DNA of 64,000 nt from Phoronis australis (taxonomy: Eukaryota; Animalia; Phoronida): assembly GCA_002633005.1 (NCBI GenBank), contig NMRA01000277.1, forward strand, positions 429,152-493,151, given 5' to 3'. Each line of letters begins with the position of its first letter. The first letter of the stretch is position 1. This document shows positions 21,441-35,586 of the stretch, one piece after another. Under the pieces are notes generated by a model. That model searched no databases, was not told where the DNA came from, and saw only the letters and a program-made list of their open reading frames with translations. A program made the position numbers and the translations under genes.

Positions 21441-23782
21441 CTTAATTGTATAGTGATATGCCTGTTCAATTAAACTTATTTCTACTCTTTATACGTAACT
21501 TATTGGCGTGTCCGAAGGCGCGTGCTCTTAGATATGCTCTTTGGTTCCGTGGAGGATGGTAGCGGCATCGTTCATAACATTATCTTGAAGTTCGTGTAAC
21601 TATACAGAGGTGTTTATATGCGTCATTGGCATATGATTGACAGTGGTTCGGGTTGTAGCGACTTAAAAGGATTCACTTATAGATAAGGAACTTCAAAAGG
21701 TTTACTTTTTCAACACAACGCAGATTTTTTGTTGTTTGCCCCAGGGTATGTAAAGCCTTTTTAGTTAAACAGATTCTAGCCCAGTCTTTTGTATGTTTTA
21801 AAACCCTAAAAACGGATGGTCCGGGAATACAGATTTACACAAAAATGATTTTTATAGAATCTTTTAACAATTGTGTATCTTTGGCTAATTAATGGGCCAC
21901 GTCTTAAAAGTTCCATTTTGAGGTTTGCATAGCTCAATCTACTTTCAATCGACGAGATTTTCAAATACTTCAGTTTTGTGGCCAGTGTTTGGAAATCTGA
22001 TTAAATTACACCGAAGCAAACAAAAATGCAAGTATTTTTGTAGAAGTGCTCGACAAATTTATTTCAAAGCTTTAGAATAATTGTCAAGATACATTCGAAA
22101 CAGTTGAACCATACACTTATATCGATAGGCATTATCTTGGCAATGGTCTAATCTTTTTATTCCATATCGAACGCTAAATTGTTTCTCTCACTTCCATTCG
22201 TTTTTTCGAGTTCACGTTCTTGGTGTGACCACTAGATTGGAGCTAAAAATTTAAGTCAAATAAAAACCCAAGGTCTCCAGTAAAAGCTCGAAATTCCGAC
22301 TTCCGAATCGAACATTTAGCCGTAAATTTGGCATCATTAAGTGCCAGTTGTTATCATGGGCGGCACACCACACGGGGCTTGGGAGGAGGGGCTAAAGCAC
22401 TCACTTTTTTCAGTACTATGCCGCTCATGGTCTATAGGCGGTGCACCACTGGTGGGGGGTTTTCGCCCCCGCCCCCCACCCCCACTTTTTTCAGTGCTGC
22501 GCCTCCCATGGTTATGTACTTGAGTTCATACAACAGTAGAATAGACAATGACCCCTCCACCATCCTAAATTCGCCCGCGACATTCCGTGGCCGCTTGTGG
22601 TGAAAATAAATGATTTCATATAACTATATGTATGAAAGCTGGGTTACTTTAAAGTACTGCCATTCCAGGCTTGCGTCATACTATATCTTGCAAAAGAACA
22701 ACCGATTAAAATTTTATGGTCTGATGCAACACAGTTTCATAAAATGATACGTACACAACTGACTTAAATTCAACAGACAGCTATTAATCTATTAATCTCT
22801 TGGTTAAATTTAAGAACTATGTCAAACTAAACTAAGATAAATTATTAGCGTGGTGATCAGGAAAATTTTCTGTTATTTTCTCTAAATATCAAGCATTTTC
22901 CTTGATTCCCGAAGTATATCCAAGAATAAAAGGCAAACACGGAGAAAATGTCAAACAGGTAAAATTGCGAGTACTACAGACTCGAACTCACGACATGAAC
23001 CATAGTACACTCGAAGACAGGGCAGGAGCGGATTCAGCACTTTGAGTTGCTGGGGCAGGGCAAAGTATTAAGCCAGGATTTTCCCCGTAAGACGTTCGCA
23101 ACTGCGAAATGAAATTAGGGATAAGTTAAGGGGGTCATGGCCCCCTTCCCCCGAATTCACCACTGTAGATTGAAAGAAACCTAACTCGAATTCGCACAAA
23201 CGTAGGATTGAACATGTCGATAATTATTGAGTATTAATTTTGAGTACAAAAAGTACTCAACGTGTCCACATATTTATTTCGGTTATCAAGGTCTTATTGG
23301 TTTCAAATAAAATCTGAAAATGAGATTAAATTTCAAGTTCAAACTCGACTACACCAACATTGGAAAATAGTCATTTGTACATACTGGAGCCGATTTGAAT
23401 TAATGACGTAAGACGAAATCCGGAATACGACATCATACACGCGCCAAGCACGAGCTTGAACTAATGTCGAGCAGAACAGGAATCTTTGTGAGTTCGGAGT
23501 TAACCTCGGTTGTTTTGTGCGTGCCTGACGCGTGTTTCAAGCAGGTCTTCATCGTCAAACATTGGCTGACGATTGGTGACAGGTACTGTCAGTAACTAAT
23601 ATCCTTCTTGAATATTAACTCTGAAGCTTTAGCATTAATGAGCATAAATAGACACTTTATTGCGATATAATTGACATTAAAGATGCTGTCTCATTAAAGT
23701 GTGAATTTGCAAATGAAAAATTACTTTGCAAACAACCACGGTTCTTCCAGTAAGCCGGAAACCATTCGAGCACCATTCTTTA

Positions 23783-24172
23783 ACAGTGCTACGAAAGGTA
23801 GCTCATTATGGCTTCTTATTGGTTAAAGTAATGATACAGACGTCATTACACTCAATCATTCCCATTGGTTGAAATCTGGGAAACCCCTTTCAGTTTACTG
23901 TATTGTAATATGCCGGTGACAGGCTTTGACTTGGATAGTTGCAATTGATTAAAACGGTCAGTAATCGAAGTAAACAAAATCATGAAGGAAACCCCGATCC
24001 AGTGGCTTAAGCAAAAACCAGTACACCGCATAGAAGGTATGTGAACTGGTGGCGATGTGATTGGTACAAACTTCCGGCCAAGTATGCGCACTGATGCCAA
24101 AATATGGATTTCCATAGGTCGACCATCATGTTTCTACAGGGGCACTTTTCAATATAGGTGGCGCTGTGTCAG
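23783..24172 (+). repeat. Dispersed repeat with a homologous copy at about 43860-44133
   Basis: Shared agtgctacgaaaggtag, atcgaagtaaa, ggtggcgatgtgattggta and cacttttca...taggtggc.ctgtgtcaga blocks. Confidence 0.75.
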
Positions 24173-25157
24173 AAGGTGGAACCACTTACCATTACAATCT
24201 CGCAAAAGTTTTGTTTTGAGAGACTATTTTTATGTAAATGAGTATGGTAATATTTCATCGTTGCCCTAATGTAACAGATAAAGTCTCCAGTGAACATTAA
24301 AAATGTGTATTTCACCTCGTCACGCATACGTTTCAGTTCAGTTACACACGATAAGGCTCAATTTCATATAGGCAAAGGAAGAAAACACCCTTCTCCTAAG
24401 CCTGTCGCTAGCGAAGTGCCCGACACATACTGTCACGCCCGCATGTCCACGTAACAAAGGCGCACTTAGACGCAACAAAAACATTAGCATAAGAATAAAT
24501 GAACAACAACTAAATAAGCATAAAAATAAATGTACCGTTGCTAACGTCCCGTCACACTAATAAAACAAGGCATAGTTTTTTTGTTTGTTTTTTTATTTTT
24601 CACCAACAAATAGCGATTGCGTAATATTTGTATTTACGGTGGTTTTCTATTAGTTCACATTTGTTTTAAGTGTATCAGTTGTGGTGTTTTCTTTAATGCC
24701 CATTTAGTTATTTTATTTTATGTACAGATCTTTTGTTTTTCTGATTATATTTGTAAACAGAGTTCTCCAGGGTGTCACAACGTTAAATATTAACGATTTA
24801 ACGAGACATAGCAACTTTAAATAAGGCCGAAAATGATAACTGGTTTGGGTCCGCGTCTTACTTATCTCTAAGCATGCGTCTGAGACCTGACATCAGGTTG
24901 CATTAATGTATGGTTTCAGTTGCAGGAGCGGATCCAGGATTTTGAGTTAGGGGTGCAGGGTAAAGGAACAACCAGAATTTGGCCTCATGCGCTCGTCCAA
25001 CCTAAAATGTAGGGATGTAGGGGTCTCGAATTTTTGGGTTTGCGGACCTTAATACTAAAAAAACGGTAAATGTTCGAGGCCTATGCATCGTGCATTCGCC
25101 CCCCGAGCCCCCTTGGGTGCGCGCATATGCTAGTCAGCAATTCGCACCCCGAACTGC

Positions 25158-26190
25158 AGGACTGTCTCTCGTCATCTGAATTCTACACATTTAGAACTTT
25201 TGTTCAAATCCTTTATACTTCCACACATCGATTATTGTGATATTGTATACAAGTCGGCCAATACTGGTGCACTCCAGCATTTGGAGAAGTTACAGTATCA
25301 AGCTACCTTACTCATAACCGAAGCTACAAGGGATCCAATAGTGTTAAGGTTTTGAATAGTCTCAAGTGGCCCAAACTGTCTACTCGACGCAATCTTCACA
25401 TGAACACATTTACTTCAAAGTAATAAACAATGTCAACAACGTCTCTGTCAAAAAAGCATTTGATCTATACACTAGACAAGACCATAGTAGTAATTTGAGA
25501 TCCTCCACCCCATATGTAATTCCTCCGTCATTTAGTCAGGCATTCAGAAGGTCTACAGTCATGATGTGCATCAACAACTGGAATTCTCTTCCAGTCTCTT
25601 TTATGGAAAGCAACTCATTTATGAGTATAAAAAATAATTTTAGAACTGTTTTTCATAATTTTGATAACTCAACACCCTTAACTCAATTCACCCTTCCCCG
25701 CGATAACAAAATAGCATTGTACAGATCAAGATGTGGTCTTTTCCTCAACTCTTCAAATGTCCCCTCATCGAATACATGTACCTGAGAGACTCACTCTTTC
25801 ATGCACTCAATGAAAACCAATCAATTGTTAACGCTCTCAATTATTGTAACAATATCCCTACTAGACTTACGATATTATTGAATGGTAGTCCTAACCTTGA
25901 CCTTGTTCTCAATGAATTCCTCCTAAGCAACGCAAGTAAATTTCTATGTACCGTTTATCAATATTGTTGCTTCTGATTTCCATAATGGCTATGTACATAT
26001 TGTTGTTTTTATATATTCGTAATAGCATGTCTAAGTATTGGAATACTTACATGCATATTAGATACGACTTAATTACCTCTATGTATAGTAGTTTCATATA
26101 TGATATAGTGCTTCGCGTTTTCTGGGTTTGTCATTATTTCTTTGTATGTTCTGTGTATTCTTCAATAAATATATATCACTTTAAAAAAAA
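25158..26190 (+). mobile_element. 5'-truncated CR1/L2-group LINE with poly(A), inserted into a MITE
   Basis: LFKSFILPHIDYCDIVY..LEKLQ, LKW..LSTRR and NNWNSLP post-RT motifs; AATAAA then A-run near 26164-26191; aactgc duplicated on both sides; flanks rejoin to the 16427-type MITE. Confidence 0.85.
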
Positions 26191-26731
26191 ACTGCCAACT
26201 GGTATCTGGGAGTATTTAGGGGGTGCATGGCCCCTTGCCTCCCCCCCCTCCCCCTAAATCCGCCACTGAGTTGGAACAATGGGTACAGTACACTGTACAT
26301 CATGTCAGGTGTGGTTGTCTGACAAGGGGCAAGGAGGATTCAGACCCATTAAGTTGACCTCAGGTTACCTGGTTTGCTTTTTGAAAAGTGGACAACAAAA
26401 ATATAAAATGCCGCACAGTTTTGTCTATGAGAGCATCAAATTTCAAAAAGTAACACAGACCAAAAGCAATTGTGCTATCACTGCATTATTGGAGCGCGGC
26501 TTCAAAATCTCTGGTGAGCTTCACCTATCCTTGTATTTGCAGAACATTCCGATTACCTCGTAACAGTCGCACTCGCACTGACAGGGCCGCCGGGTCAGAA
26601 TAGAATGGTTGATGCACTTGTCGTTTAAAGAATTGGGCACTGTGGAAGTGCAAGACCAGTTCACATGCAGTTGGTATAACCAAACGAGAATAAGAACAAA
26701 AACTCACGTCGTACACTGAACCAACGGCTTA

Positions 26732-27698
26732 ATGAGCTCACCCCAGCTGTCAGAGAGGCGGCGGTCGTCGGGTGTGTGCAAGACTGTCTGCCGCACATTG
26801 CACACAGATAAGATTCAACGAGAAGTCATCACCACCGTGGTGCAAGTATCTAACAAAAATAAGCAAACTGACAGCGGTACTCCCAACGCCTTACGGCATG
26901 GAAACGTAGCCCTGAAGAAGCCACCTGCTGTGAAGGCCGTCAAGCGGGAGAAGAAAATCTCGAGTACATACGGGTTGTTCACTCAGGACGTGGGCAGCAG
27001 TCTCATCGCGTCCGGTGCCATAATGTCGTTGCACGCGCTCGATCAAATTATGGGGAAAATTTCGAGAGACTTGTGCAAGGGAAATACTCAAGCTCCACAA
27101 CAAGCCCCTCTTCATATACGTTTCCCAAAGCTTCCGAATAGGAAAAGACAGGGAGGAGACATGCATACAGCTTTGAGAGCCGAGAGGAGAAGAGAGCGGA
27201 AAAGGCAATCCAATTTTGTGAGGGATAACCGAGAATTCATGTTTCCAAAAACGTCTGTTAGTAATAAACGGCCGTCTCCTCCAAGAGAAACTTATCTTGT
27301 GTACCCAAGGAAACAGCGGCGTAGGGAGCTACCCCCAGGGACTGTCTTGATTACCGGAACTTCGTCAAGTAAACATCAACGTGAGACACGTTGCTTCCCA
27401 GATTTAACACCTCCTGAGCCTCAATCGCCGAAAATTGGCCCACGAAGTCCTGATTCGTGGTGGAATAAGTACGAGTCAACGTTAACGACACCGTCAGAAG
27501 GTGGAAATTCAATGGTCGTCGGTTCGATGCATACGATGGCGACCAGCTTGCTTGAGGAGAACCTCGTGTTACCCGCCAGTCCAATCGACCACCGGAGGGC
27601 CTCCATGTCTTACATGGAGACGTACTGGGAGAGAAAGCGACGCAGTTCGAGAGCGGTGCCCAGCCGACAGGTGACATTTGGCGCATCGCTTTATTCAC
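26732..27698 (+). CDS. Large Ser/Pro/Arg-rich coding exon, probably the first exon of the TOG-domain gene
   Basis: About 1 kb open frame with raised GC in an AT-rich background; donor candidates gtgaca at 27671 and gtgagt at 27699; no recognisable domain; connection to the 31949 exon not resolved. Confidence 0.55.
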
Positions 27699-29100
27699 GT
27701 GAGTATACATGTACATTGTATTGTTACTTCAAATGGCCAAGACCCAAAACTAACAACATCTTTGTTAATTCGTGGCTTATAATCGCCTGTTAAAGCGAAG
27801 TGGCTTTATCGTCGTTTTTTGACACCTGCAGATAAGCGGAATAGTTCCCTTAATCTCAGCAATCTCAATGCAACGCTCTAAATGGCGGAACAACGGGCAT
27901 TTGCTAAATAATAGAGTAGTTATGGCATCGTCCTTTATTTTAGCAAAGGGCTGGCAGGCAACGGCTAGAGTTAGCGATGTGTAATAGAATAGAACACAGT
28001 CGGCATTGCATTATAGCTCTGTTCAAAGCTAATTCATCCAAGAAGTGTATCCCATCCACCACTCTCAGAATAACATGTTAGTTTTCCGTACAACCGACAA
28101 GCTTTATTTCACATTTGGCAAAATGTCGCTGCTCAAATTCTTGTGACGTGGCTAACAAAGAAACACAGCTATTTTGACGAAGACAATTAGACATGTTCAA
28201 CATATAATGGCGGTAATAATTCAAATAATATTGGGTCAGCAGTTTTTAAACGAAGAAACTGGGACCAGCAGTACAGTACTTGACACAGTTATACATCGTA
28301 AAATTATCTAAAAATGTATTGAATGAAAACGGCTGCGTTTTAAAGTGGTTGTGCATTCTGTGAAGGGAATCAGGGATGCAAAACTGAGCAGCGAAGGGAA
28401 ATAGAACTGTTTCATGAGAATCATGTGCGCATGTCTTGGCACGCCGCCGCAGCCGTAGTGAAGAATTTTTGTGTCAAATGCATAGTCGTCTACAATACTC
28501 AAGACGATTTTAACCCGGACCAAGTACATGTAGTCCAACAGGCGCGTGCCAGTTCCACAGGGGTGGATTACAGTCATTACTTGCCACGTGAGGAATAGAC
28601 TGTTGAAATGTCTGTTCCACAGCCGTTGAACAAATGATTAAGGAGAGTGCCCCTCCGGACATTGTTCAACCTGTGTTCATGTGCTTATAGTGGAAGTGCG
28701 ACTGGAGAAACTGGACAGGCTCTACTGCAAAGAGAAAAACCCGGAGATCATTAAATTGTTTGACGTGGGAAAAGAAATGATCGGCTGGGCAGACCCAAGA
28801 CTACCCGACATTGAATTGTGCCACTGTCCGGAGTCATATGATAAAGGTACGGCTAAACCAGAGCCTGTGGGTGGTTTATTGTGGTTCCTCGAAAACATTA
28901 CGCTTTTTTAAGATATCATTTTGTCTTTATGTTAAGCAACTTTAAAGCGTTTTCGTGAAAATCAAAAAAGTCCTGGCCCTCCTCGTGCAAATGGAGAACA
29001 CTGGCAGGGGTGATCAGGTACAGTACTCAACCGGAAGTACATGTATCTCTCAAAGGAAGCTAGCGTGATCACGTGCATTCACGTAGTTTAGTGACACCTG

Positions 29101-29250
29101 CTTCCCGTTCAGTAACGTTAGGACCTCACTAAAAAGCAAGATTTCGCGAGATTACGCGAGATATTTCCTTATATTTTCAATGAGAGCACTTGATTTGGGC
29201 TAGATTTTAGCTAGGTCCTGGCGTAGGTCCTAGCGTTACTGAACGCACGC
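29101..29250. mobile_element. PIF/Harbinger-type MITE; second copy at 49461-49589
   Basis: TIR cgttcagtaacg.taggacct...aggtcctagcgttactgaacg, flanked by CWG triplets. Confidence 0.75.
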
Positions 29251-29545
29251 CAGAATCCCGGATGACTTTTATTAAATATCTTTATGACTGCAAGAGGGTA
29301 TTGTCGGCTAAAAATGTTATTATTTGTTTGAAACGATCCGCAGAGCGGGTTCGAACCTATACTGCGAACTTCTTAAAGGAGAATGCCATCCTATTTAATT
29401 AGTCTTTTTGCCGTCTTAATTGGTTTATGTCCACATCGCCTCGCATACGGTCGACATACCTTGCGAGAGGTGTTGCGTTAACCTGTGAGGAAGGTGAGAA
29501 ACGGTGCAGCCACATCAGTGGTTCATTTGCAGAGTGAATCCCGCT

Positions 29546-29740
29546 ATGTTGCGGTGCATCGTTCCCGCTTGTCCGAACTATGCAGCTGCGAGGAAAGCGG
29601 GTATTTCGTTTTTTCGACTTCCTCGAGAGTTCGAAATGCTTAGGAAGTGGCTCGCAGTAGTGAAGAATGGAAATTTCGATGTAAATAGCAAGTATGAGGT
29701 CGTGTAACATCTCCGTGTCTGTGCCCTGGAGTTGTCGACA
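29546..29740 (+). pseudogene. Decayed THAP-domain coding sequence (transposon-derived)
   Basis: MLRCIVPACPN...ISFFRLP...LRKW...*HLRVC: THAP C-x4-C, F-x-x-P, W and C signature with an internal stop and no terminal His. Confidence 0.75.
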
Positions 29741-31948
29741 GTGCGTGACGAATGCCGGCTTACCAAATAATTATCCATACTTTCCGTTGTCTGAGCTAAT
29801 TGTTCACGGCGCCTCTCTAGTATTTCACTGTATTCCGGTTCGAACTAATAGCCTGTGAAACCTAACAATCCACCTGCGAAGTCTTTGTCCGGTTGAGCTC
29901 TCGTCTAGGGATTGCGAGTTGCCATGTTCATGTTTATTACTGAGCGTTCTGTTTCAAAATGAGTTATTCTCACTCTAACCAATACTTATATAAAACTGAA
30001 ACAAAGTCTGTCTCATTAGATGCAATTTGTAATGTCTTTGTTGTGCTCGTGAATGCAAATGATTTGAGAAGCCAGCAATGAATAAATCACTGCGTTACCG
30101 GCTTTAGGTGCAATAAACTAATTGACGGCGCACCGAGGCCGTGTGAGCGCAAGGTAATTCAGTGTTTGCTGATAGAAACTGTTGTGAAACCATATTTCGA
30201 TTTTCTATACCACGGCCAGGTGTTAGGTGAAACTTTATTTACAATTGCATTATTCAAATAATGATTGTCACTGTACAACTTCTGCCCTGACGGTTCTGTT
30301 ACCTGAATTCGCGGCCCCCGACGTAGATTTGCAGTTTGGTGGCTAATTCAATCAACAACATAATCAAGTGCACATTACTTCTTTGGCTCACTAGTATAGC
30401 ATTTTCTTGACTGGAAGTTTAGTTTCCAACTTTGGCTGGTTTACGTTCGTGATGTCTTCAGTGCGGGCCTGATCGATTTCCGAGCCGCTGGCCGGGATAA
30501 CGAGTCAGTCCGGCCGCGACGGGCCTGATCGGGCTCCGAGCTACGTTGGCCAGGATAACAAGCGTTTTGTGTGTTTAGAAATCAAAAAATCACAAGTCTA
30601 AACAACACAGATCTAGGTTCTCCTGTATGTTCTTCACGGAAAAATACAGACCCCAAACTCCTGCTACGGAACTTATTAGCCTGTCGAACTTTGTAGGCTA
30701 CGGTGTGTCCAAATACCAATAAATCCGTAACAGCGAAATAAAACAACACGTTTTTATAAGAACTCGGTGTATTTTTAAGGGTTTTAAATCGAAGTTCGAC
30801 GATTTATTGCTGTTAAACGATGAATTCAAGCGATAAGCTGACACCAGTAACCCGTGTTGTGAACTGCTGAACAGACTGCGTGTGAAACCAATTACGTCAT
30901 TAGATAATGTCAACACCTCCGTCTGCCGTCAGGTGTCAGGTAACGCAACCGTACGTGCTATTATCGAGTAGAACAACTCGATCTAAATTGATACAAAATA
31001 GGTTGTTTTTTGGGTGACATGCCCTTTAAGGTTGCGTAGGACCTTAAAGACAGAGATCTACATGTATGTATTTCGCCAAAAATTTCCAACACTATAAATT
31101 TTAACTCATTAAAAATATACTTTTTTCTGAACGAAGAAAGCTACCATTTTTAAATCGTGTGTTCGCTTCTTGCCAGGGCAATTGGTGGCAGATTGGCCTC
31201 TTTGGAAATGCGCTGGCACATACCGTAAACGTTCGGGTTAGCGCCCATGCCCACTTAATTGCCCATCCTCTACATTAGTGGTTTTTTCGATTTAACCTCC
31301 CACTGCTCGGTTAACAGCCCTTGTGCGATTTTTGAAAATTTCCACTTAAACGCCCACCTCTCGGTTATGCGCCCATCCCCGATTTTTGATGATTACCCGA
31401 GATCTTGACAAGCGTCTAGCAATTCGATATTTGAGCTAACCCGACCATCATTGGCGTACAGCACGTGGAGTGAGCACTGAGCATAAAATTAAGAATGCAA
31501 AATAACTCCATCATCATGGCCAGTATGCTGATTTCTAAGGCCATTCAGTACGACACGCGGCACGCTGTATGTTAGCTAGGCATGAATTATGAGGGGTTTC
31601 CATTTCAGATTCCGCCATCAATACTAACATAAAGTCCGTACTTGTCCCTGTGGTTCAAAAAGAGCACCTCGTGAAGTGAGTTACGTGTTTGCCTTTTTCA
31701 CGAATACATGTAGCGAGTGTATTTGCCTGCAGAACCTGTGCAAAGTCAGTCTTTGCTGTTACGTGCGGCATACATGTACGTGTTCATGTACATCTTTGAT
31801 TAATCTGATCAAAATGCTTCTCCGGCAAATGAAAATAACGCCTTGCAAACTTTCAGTACAGAACACTGTAAAGACCAGTTGCCTCAAACGTACAATGTTC
31901 GTTTTACCGGTCGGCTACAGCGTGGATATTTTAATTGCTCCCTTTCAG

Positions 31949-32071
31949 ACTAGAATGTCCCAAAAGGGACGAAGCTCACAAGGCCAATCATGACAGCAGG
32001 AAGTTGCTGCCGTTCAAACGACCTCGTCAAGAATTTAAAAAGCTCGTCAAGAAGCTACAGATCAAAAGCAG
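31949..32071 (+). CDS. TOGARAM/FAM179-like TOG-domain gene, exon A
   Basis: ctttcag acceptor, gtatat donor, phase 2-2; LLPFKRPRQEFKKLVKKLQ matches the PF-x-x-P start of crescerin-family TOG domains. Confidence 0.65.
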
Positions 32072-33373
32072 GTATATTTTGGTTGATTCGTTAGCGGGCA
32101 CTCTTTACGTTCACAAACTTGGAAGAAAGGGTGATTTTCGTCGTGTCGCTAAATTATAAACAGCTCGTAATCTTCAGCCATGTTTGTAATAACCGTATTT
32201 TATTTTCAGTTTTAAAAGCTGTTTTTAAAAAGTGGGCTGATTTTTCACAGAAATCTCAGTACACATGGCGGCAGTTAAGTGGGGTTCACATAATGGAAGA
32301 ATCTGCAGTCACTAACTGTGGTGGCCATTTTAGGTAGCGACGCATCACCCAAAACATTATATTAAAGTTGATAAAATTTGAACATATTTATAGTCGACTG
32401 CCGCGAAAAGTACAGTACGTGCACGTCCTAGACTGGCTAATTCGCTGTCCATAATTTAATCAACTTCGATATAATCAAGAAATATCATCGCCGTGTAGAG
32501 TAATTTATACATGTATTCCACGAATTCTGTCTGCAGATTTAGACGCATACATGTACACATGCGTTCACGTCGAGAGATCCCTACTCGGCTAGAGCACGAT
32601 ATAGCCATGAAAGTTCTTGAAGTCGAAACTATGCCTGTTATCATAAACAAATATTGTACCAAACCGAAACAAGGAAATAGAGTGTAATGACAGACAGTAA
32701 TTACGCACTACATGATTATTTCCTGTGTGCTTCGCTAGGTTGAATGACTGTTTTGCTGCAAGTCCAACTAGCTTGACTACAGGTGTACATTTCAAGATAG
32801 GCGTACATGTACACTCGGTCCCAGCAACATATTCTGATGCAACCTCATCTGTGGCTCCCTCTCGGTTCTAGCCCACCGTGTCAATATTTTGAGAATGTAC
32901 ATGTACACGTAGTGAGTGATATGTCAGTGTGACTGATAGGATTCCGTTATTACAGTTAAGCTACATGTACATGTACGAGATCAACTGTGTAAGGTTTTTC
33001 GCTGCATGCAAGCTATCAGTGTGTGTAAAACGTAATCAGTTGCTCGTGTGTGTCTCTGCATATATGGATGTTCATGTCAATGTGAGTAACCCTTGAAAAT
33101 GCCAATAGTTCGCCAAATTCAGAGCTTCGTAACTCAAGTGGTTAATTGGAAACTAGTGTCACTTTCGTATACTTTGACTTGTGCGCTGGCTCCATAACAA
33201 TCTTAAGAATCAATTAATTGTATTGTTGCGTTGATAATGTATTTACGTGATAGCTATTAGTTTGCATAGGCGCCACGTGTTGGTCATATCACCTGACCGA
33301 TAATTTAAGTCTGAAAAGACCCCGGTTGGACAGAGAACTCTGTGACCAGCATGTGGCGTTTATGGTGACTTAA

Positions 33374-34621
33374 AGGCGAAATCAACCTTTTTTCATGTCA
33401 TTTTTAGCAATAATAGGATTCGTTGATTATCCCAGAAATATTTTTCACTTATTTACAGATTTTCGTAAATTAATTAATTCTTTGTCGTCTACTCCGGAAG
33501 TGACGTTTTGGGAGGCAAGAATTTCGCGCCAATTTCTTTTCATACAGTCTGATTGTGAGAGCAGTCGAGTCAGTCATTGTTCTACCTCGGTTGTGATAAG
33601 TTCGAAGGTCGTTTGCTTTTGTTTACGAATCAGTCAACATGACACGCTGTTGCTGCCTACCGAGATGTACTCTTCATCGTTTCAAGTACAGAGGAAGAAC
33701 TGTCCCACTTGCCCGAGTGTCCCGCGACACACTCCCGATGATGACTTGAGTACCCAAACTGCTTACATCCCGCCGTGCGACTCCCTCGTCACACATGTGG
33801 CACCTTCTAAATAGCTCCAATACAAGTCCACAATAAACCTATCAAACTTAGGTTCACCGATCTGTTCACTGGGTGTCAAACTTGGCTTGTATTCACTCCC
33901 ACTACTCAACATTGCTGCAGGGCTGCTTACAGGCTCTGTCCTAGAGACAACAGCACACGGGGAATCACAGCTAGTTCCTGGAATTGCAGGCAATGGGGGT
34001 ACGTTCGGAGGCATGGGTGACAGTAGATAAAGTGCCTCCAGTCACTGTTTATAGTGGCTACAGCTCGCGAGGCTTCTCGCTTCAAAAACGCACTTCTCGG
34101 GGTTGGCGATGGGGCACTGCCGGGAATCAACAGCGACGGTATGGAACCCTTCTTCAGGCGTTGTTTCGCAGGGACCTTCATCAATTCAGCGTACATACAT
34201 GTATCTCTGTCGTAATCTGACGGCTGAAAATGCTTGACACTGCTTTGTACGGTGCATGAACGGGTAGCGCTGCGTTCTTCACACGAACGAGCTAGCCAAG
34301 TACGGCCAAGCGTGTCATCCTTCGGAAAGCGATGCAAGGTACCCAAAGCGTGTGTGAGACGATAATGAGTACTGTACATCCTGGTACGCAGCAACAGCGT
34401 GGCATGTTGACTGACTCGTAAACAAAAGCAAACGACGACCGAACTTATAACATCCGAGGTAGAACAATGACTGACTTGACAGCTCTCACCGTCTGACTGT
34501 ATGAAAAAAATTGGCGCGAAATTCTTGTCTCCCAAAACGTCACTTCCGGAGTGGAGGACGAGAAATTAATTAAATTATGAAAAGCTGTAATTAAATGAAA
34601 AATATGTCTGGGATAATCAAC
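33374..34621 (-). mobile_element. Non-autonomous Kolobok-like element with about 250-bp TIRs and a decayed THAP domain
   Basis: 33422-33670 is the reverse complement of 34374-34621; left end TTAA|AG; minus strand LHRFPKD...W...KHF.PSDY...RLKKGSIPSL is THAP-like. Confidence 0.75.
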
Positions 34622-35013
34622 AGTATACATGAAAACGTAAATGAAATGAAAACGGAAAGATGAGTTAAAAGCTGTAACGACATTTTTGAGAGTTCTTTCG
34701 TAATAAAGACCTTTAATATATCGAGCAATTAAATTTCGTTATGTCATTGATATCTTGCTATGAATATGTCTTCTTTCTTACATGTTAGTAGAGATGATTA
34801 CGTGGTACACTCAACGGCACGGTGGTTTAACTTTGAATTTTGTATGCTTTATAAGATAATGTAATTTCCCATAGATAAATCTGATAGTTTGAGCTTATTT
34901 GGCTAAATCCGACGGGATGTCAACAAATATCTTCAAAATAGCGGCAGCAATGACAACTGTACATATAAATGAATCAACAGTTTCAAACCTGTTTCATATC
35001 TATACCGTATTAG

Positions 35014-35206
35014 GACTGGCAGACCACGCACAATCAATAAGACAAGACGTTTCATATACCACCACGAGCCCATCATCAGAGACAACCTCGATTTGGTCAT
35101 AAAGTTCTTAGCGCAGCAAGTCAAGGTCAAATGTTTGTCGACACAAGTGGACGCCCTGTGTACACTTGGAGAATTATTGCAGACAAAAATACGACTTCGT
35201 GATATT
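35014..35206 (+). CDS. TOGARAM-like gene, exon B
   Basis: attag acceptor, gtgagt donor, phase 2-0; RRFIYHHEPIIRDNLDLVIKFLAQQVK...ALCTLGELL resembles TOG HEAT repeats A-B. Confidence 0.7.
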
Positions 35207-35586
35207 GTGAGTTTTTGGTTCACAGTCAGGTTCCATTTGTGAAAACCGATTTTGATTTAGTAAAGGGATTCGGTGGGTTGAATTGAGCAATGCATCGTCA
35301 ATGACTTTGCTTGTTATTTCTCATGCACAAAACTAGCCAGGAAATCCGTAAGAAGGAGAGTCGGGCGGTGAGGTTGAAAATGCTGGCGGTCGAAATGCCT
35401 GTGACGAACAAAGAGCAGTGAGGACTAGTTATCATTTGATAAGGCCGCAAGAAGGCCAAACGAACCAAATACCAAATATCTTTAGTTTTTCATTTGATGC
35501 GCATGTGCACCAATGTCTTTGTCGTCGTACCTATTGAGAGTGACTTCACCGACGACTACATCGCACTCAAGATTACTTCTTTTCAG

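Noticed and set aside
28640-28850. SWIM zinc-finger (ECPSGHCSTCVH) transposon protein or a clean exon
   Set aside because: The first Cys is missing, upstream stops occur in all frames, and no phase-compatible splice path was found; left unassigned
33395-34630. Similar ORFs on opposite strands (33395+, 33927-, 34445-) as a gene pair
   Set aside because: The similarity comes from the element's terminal inverted repeats; only the THAP remnant is protein-derived
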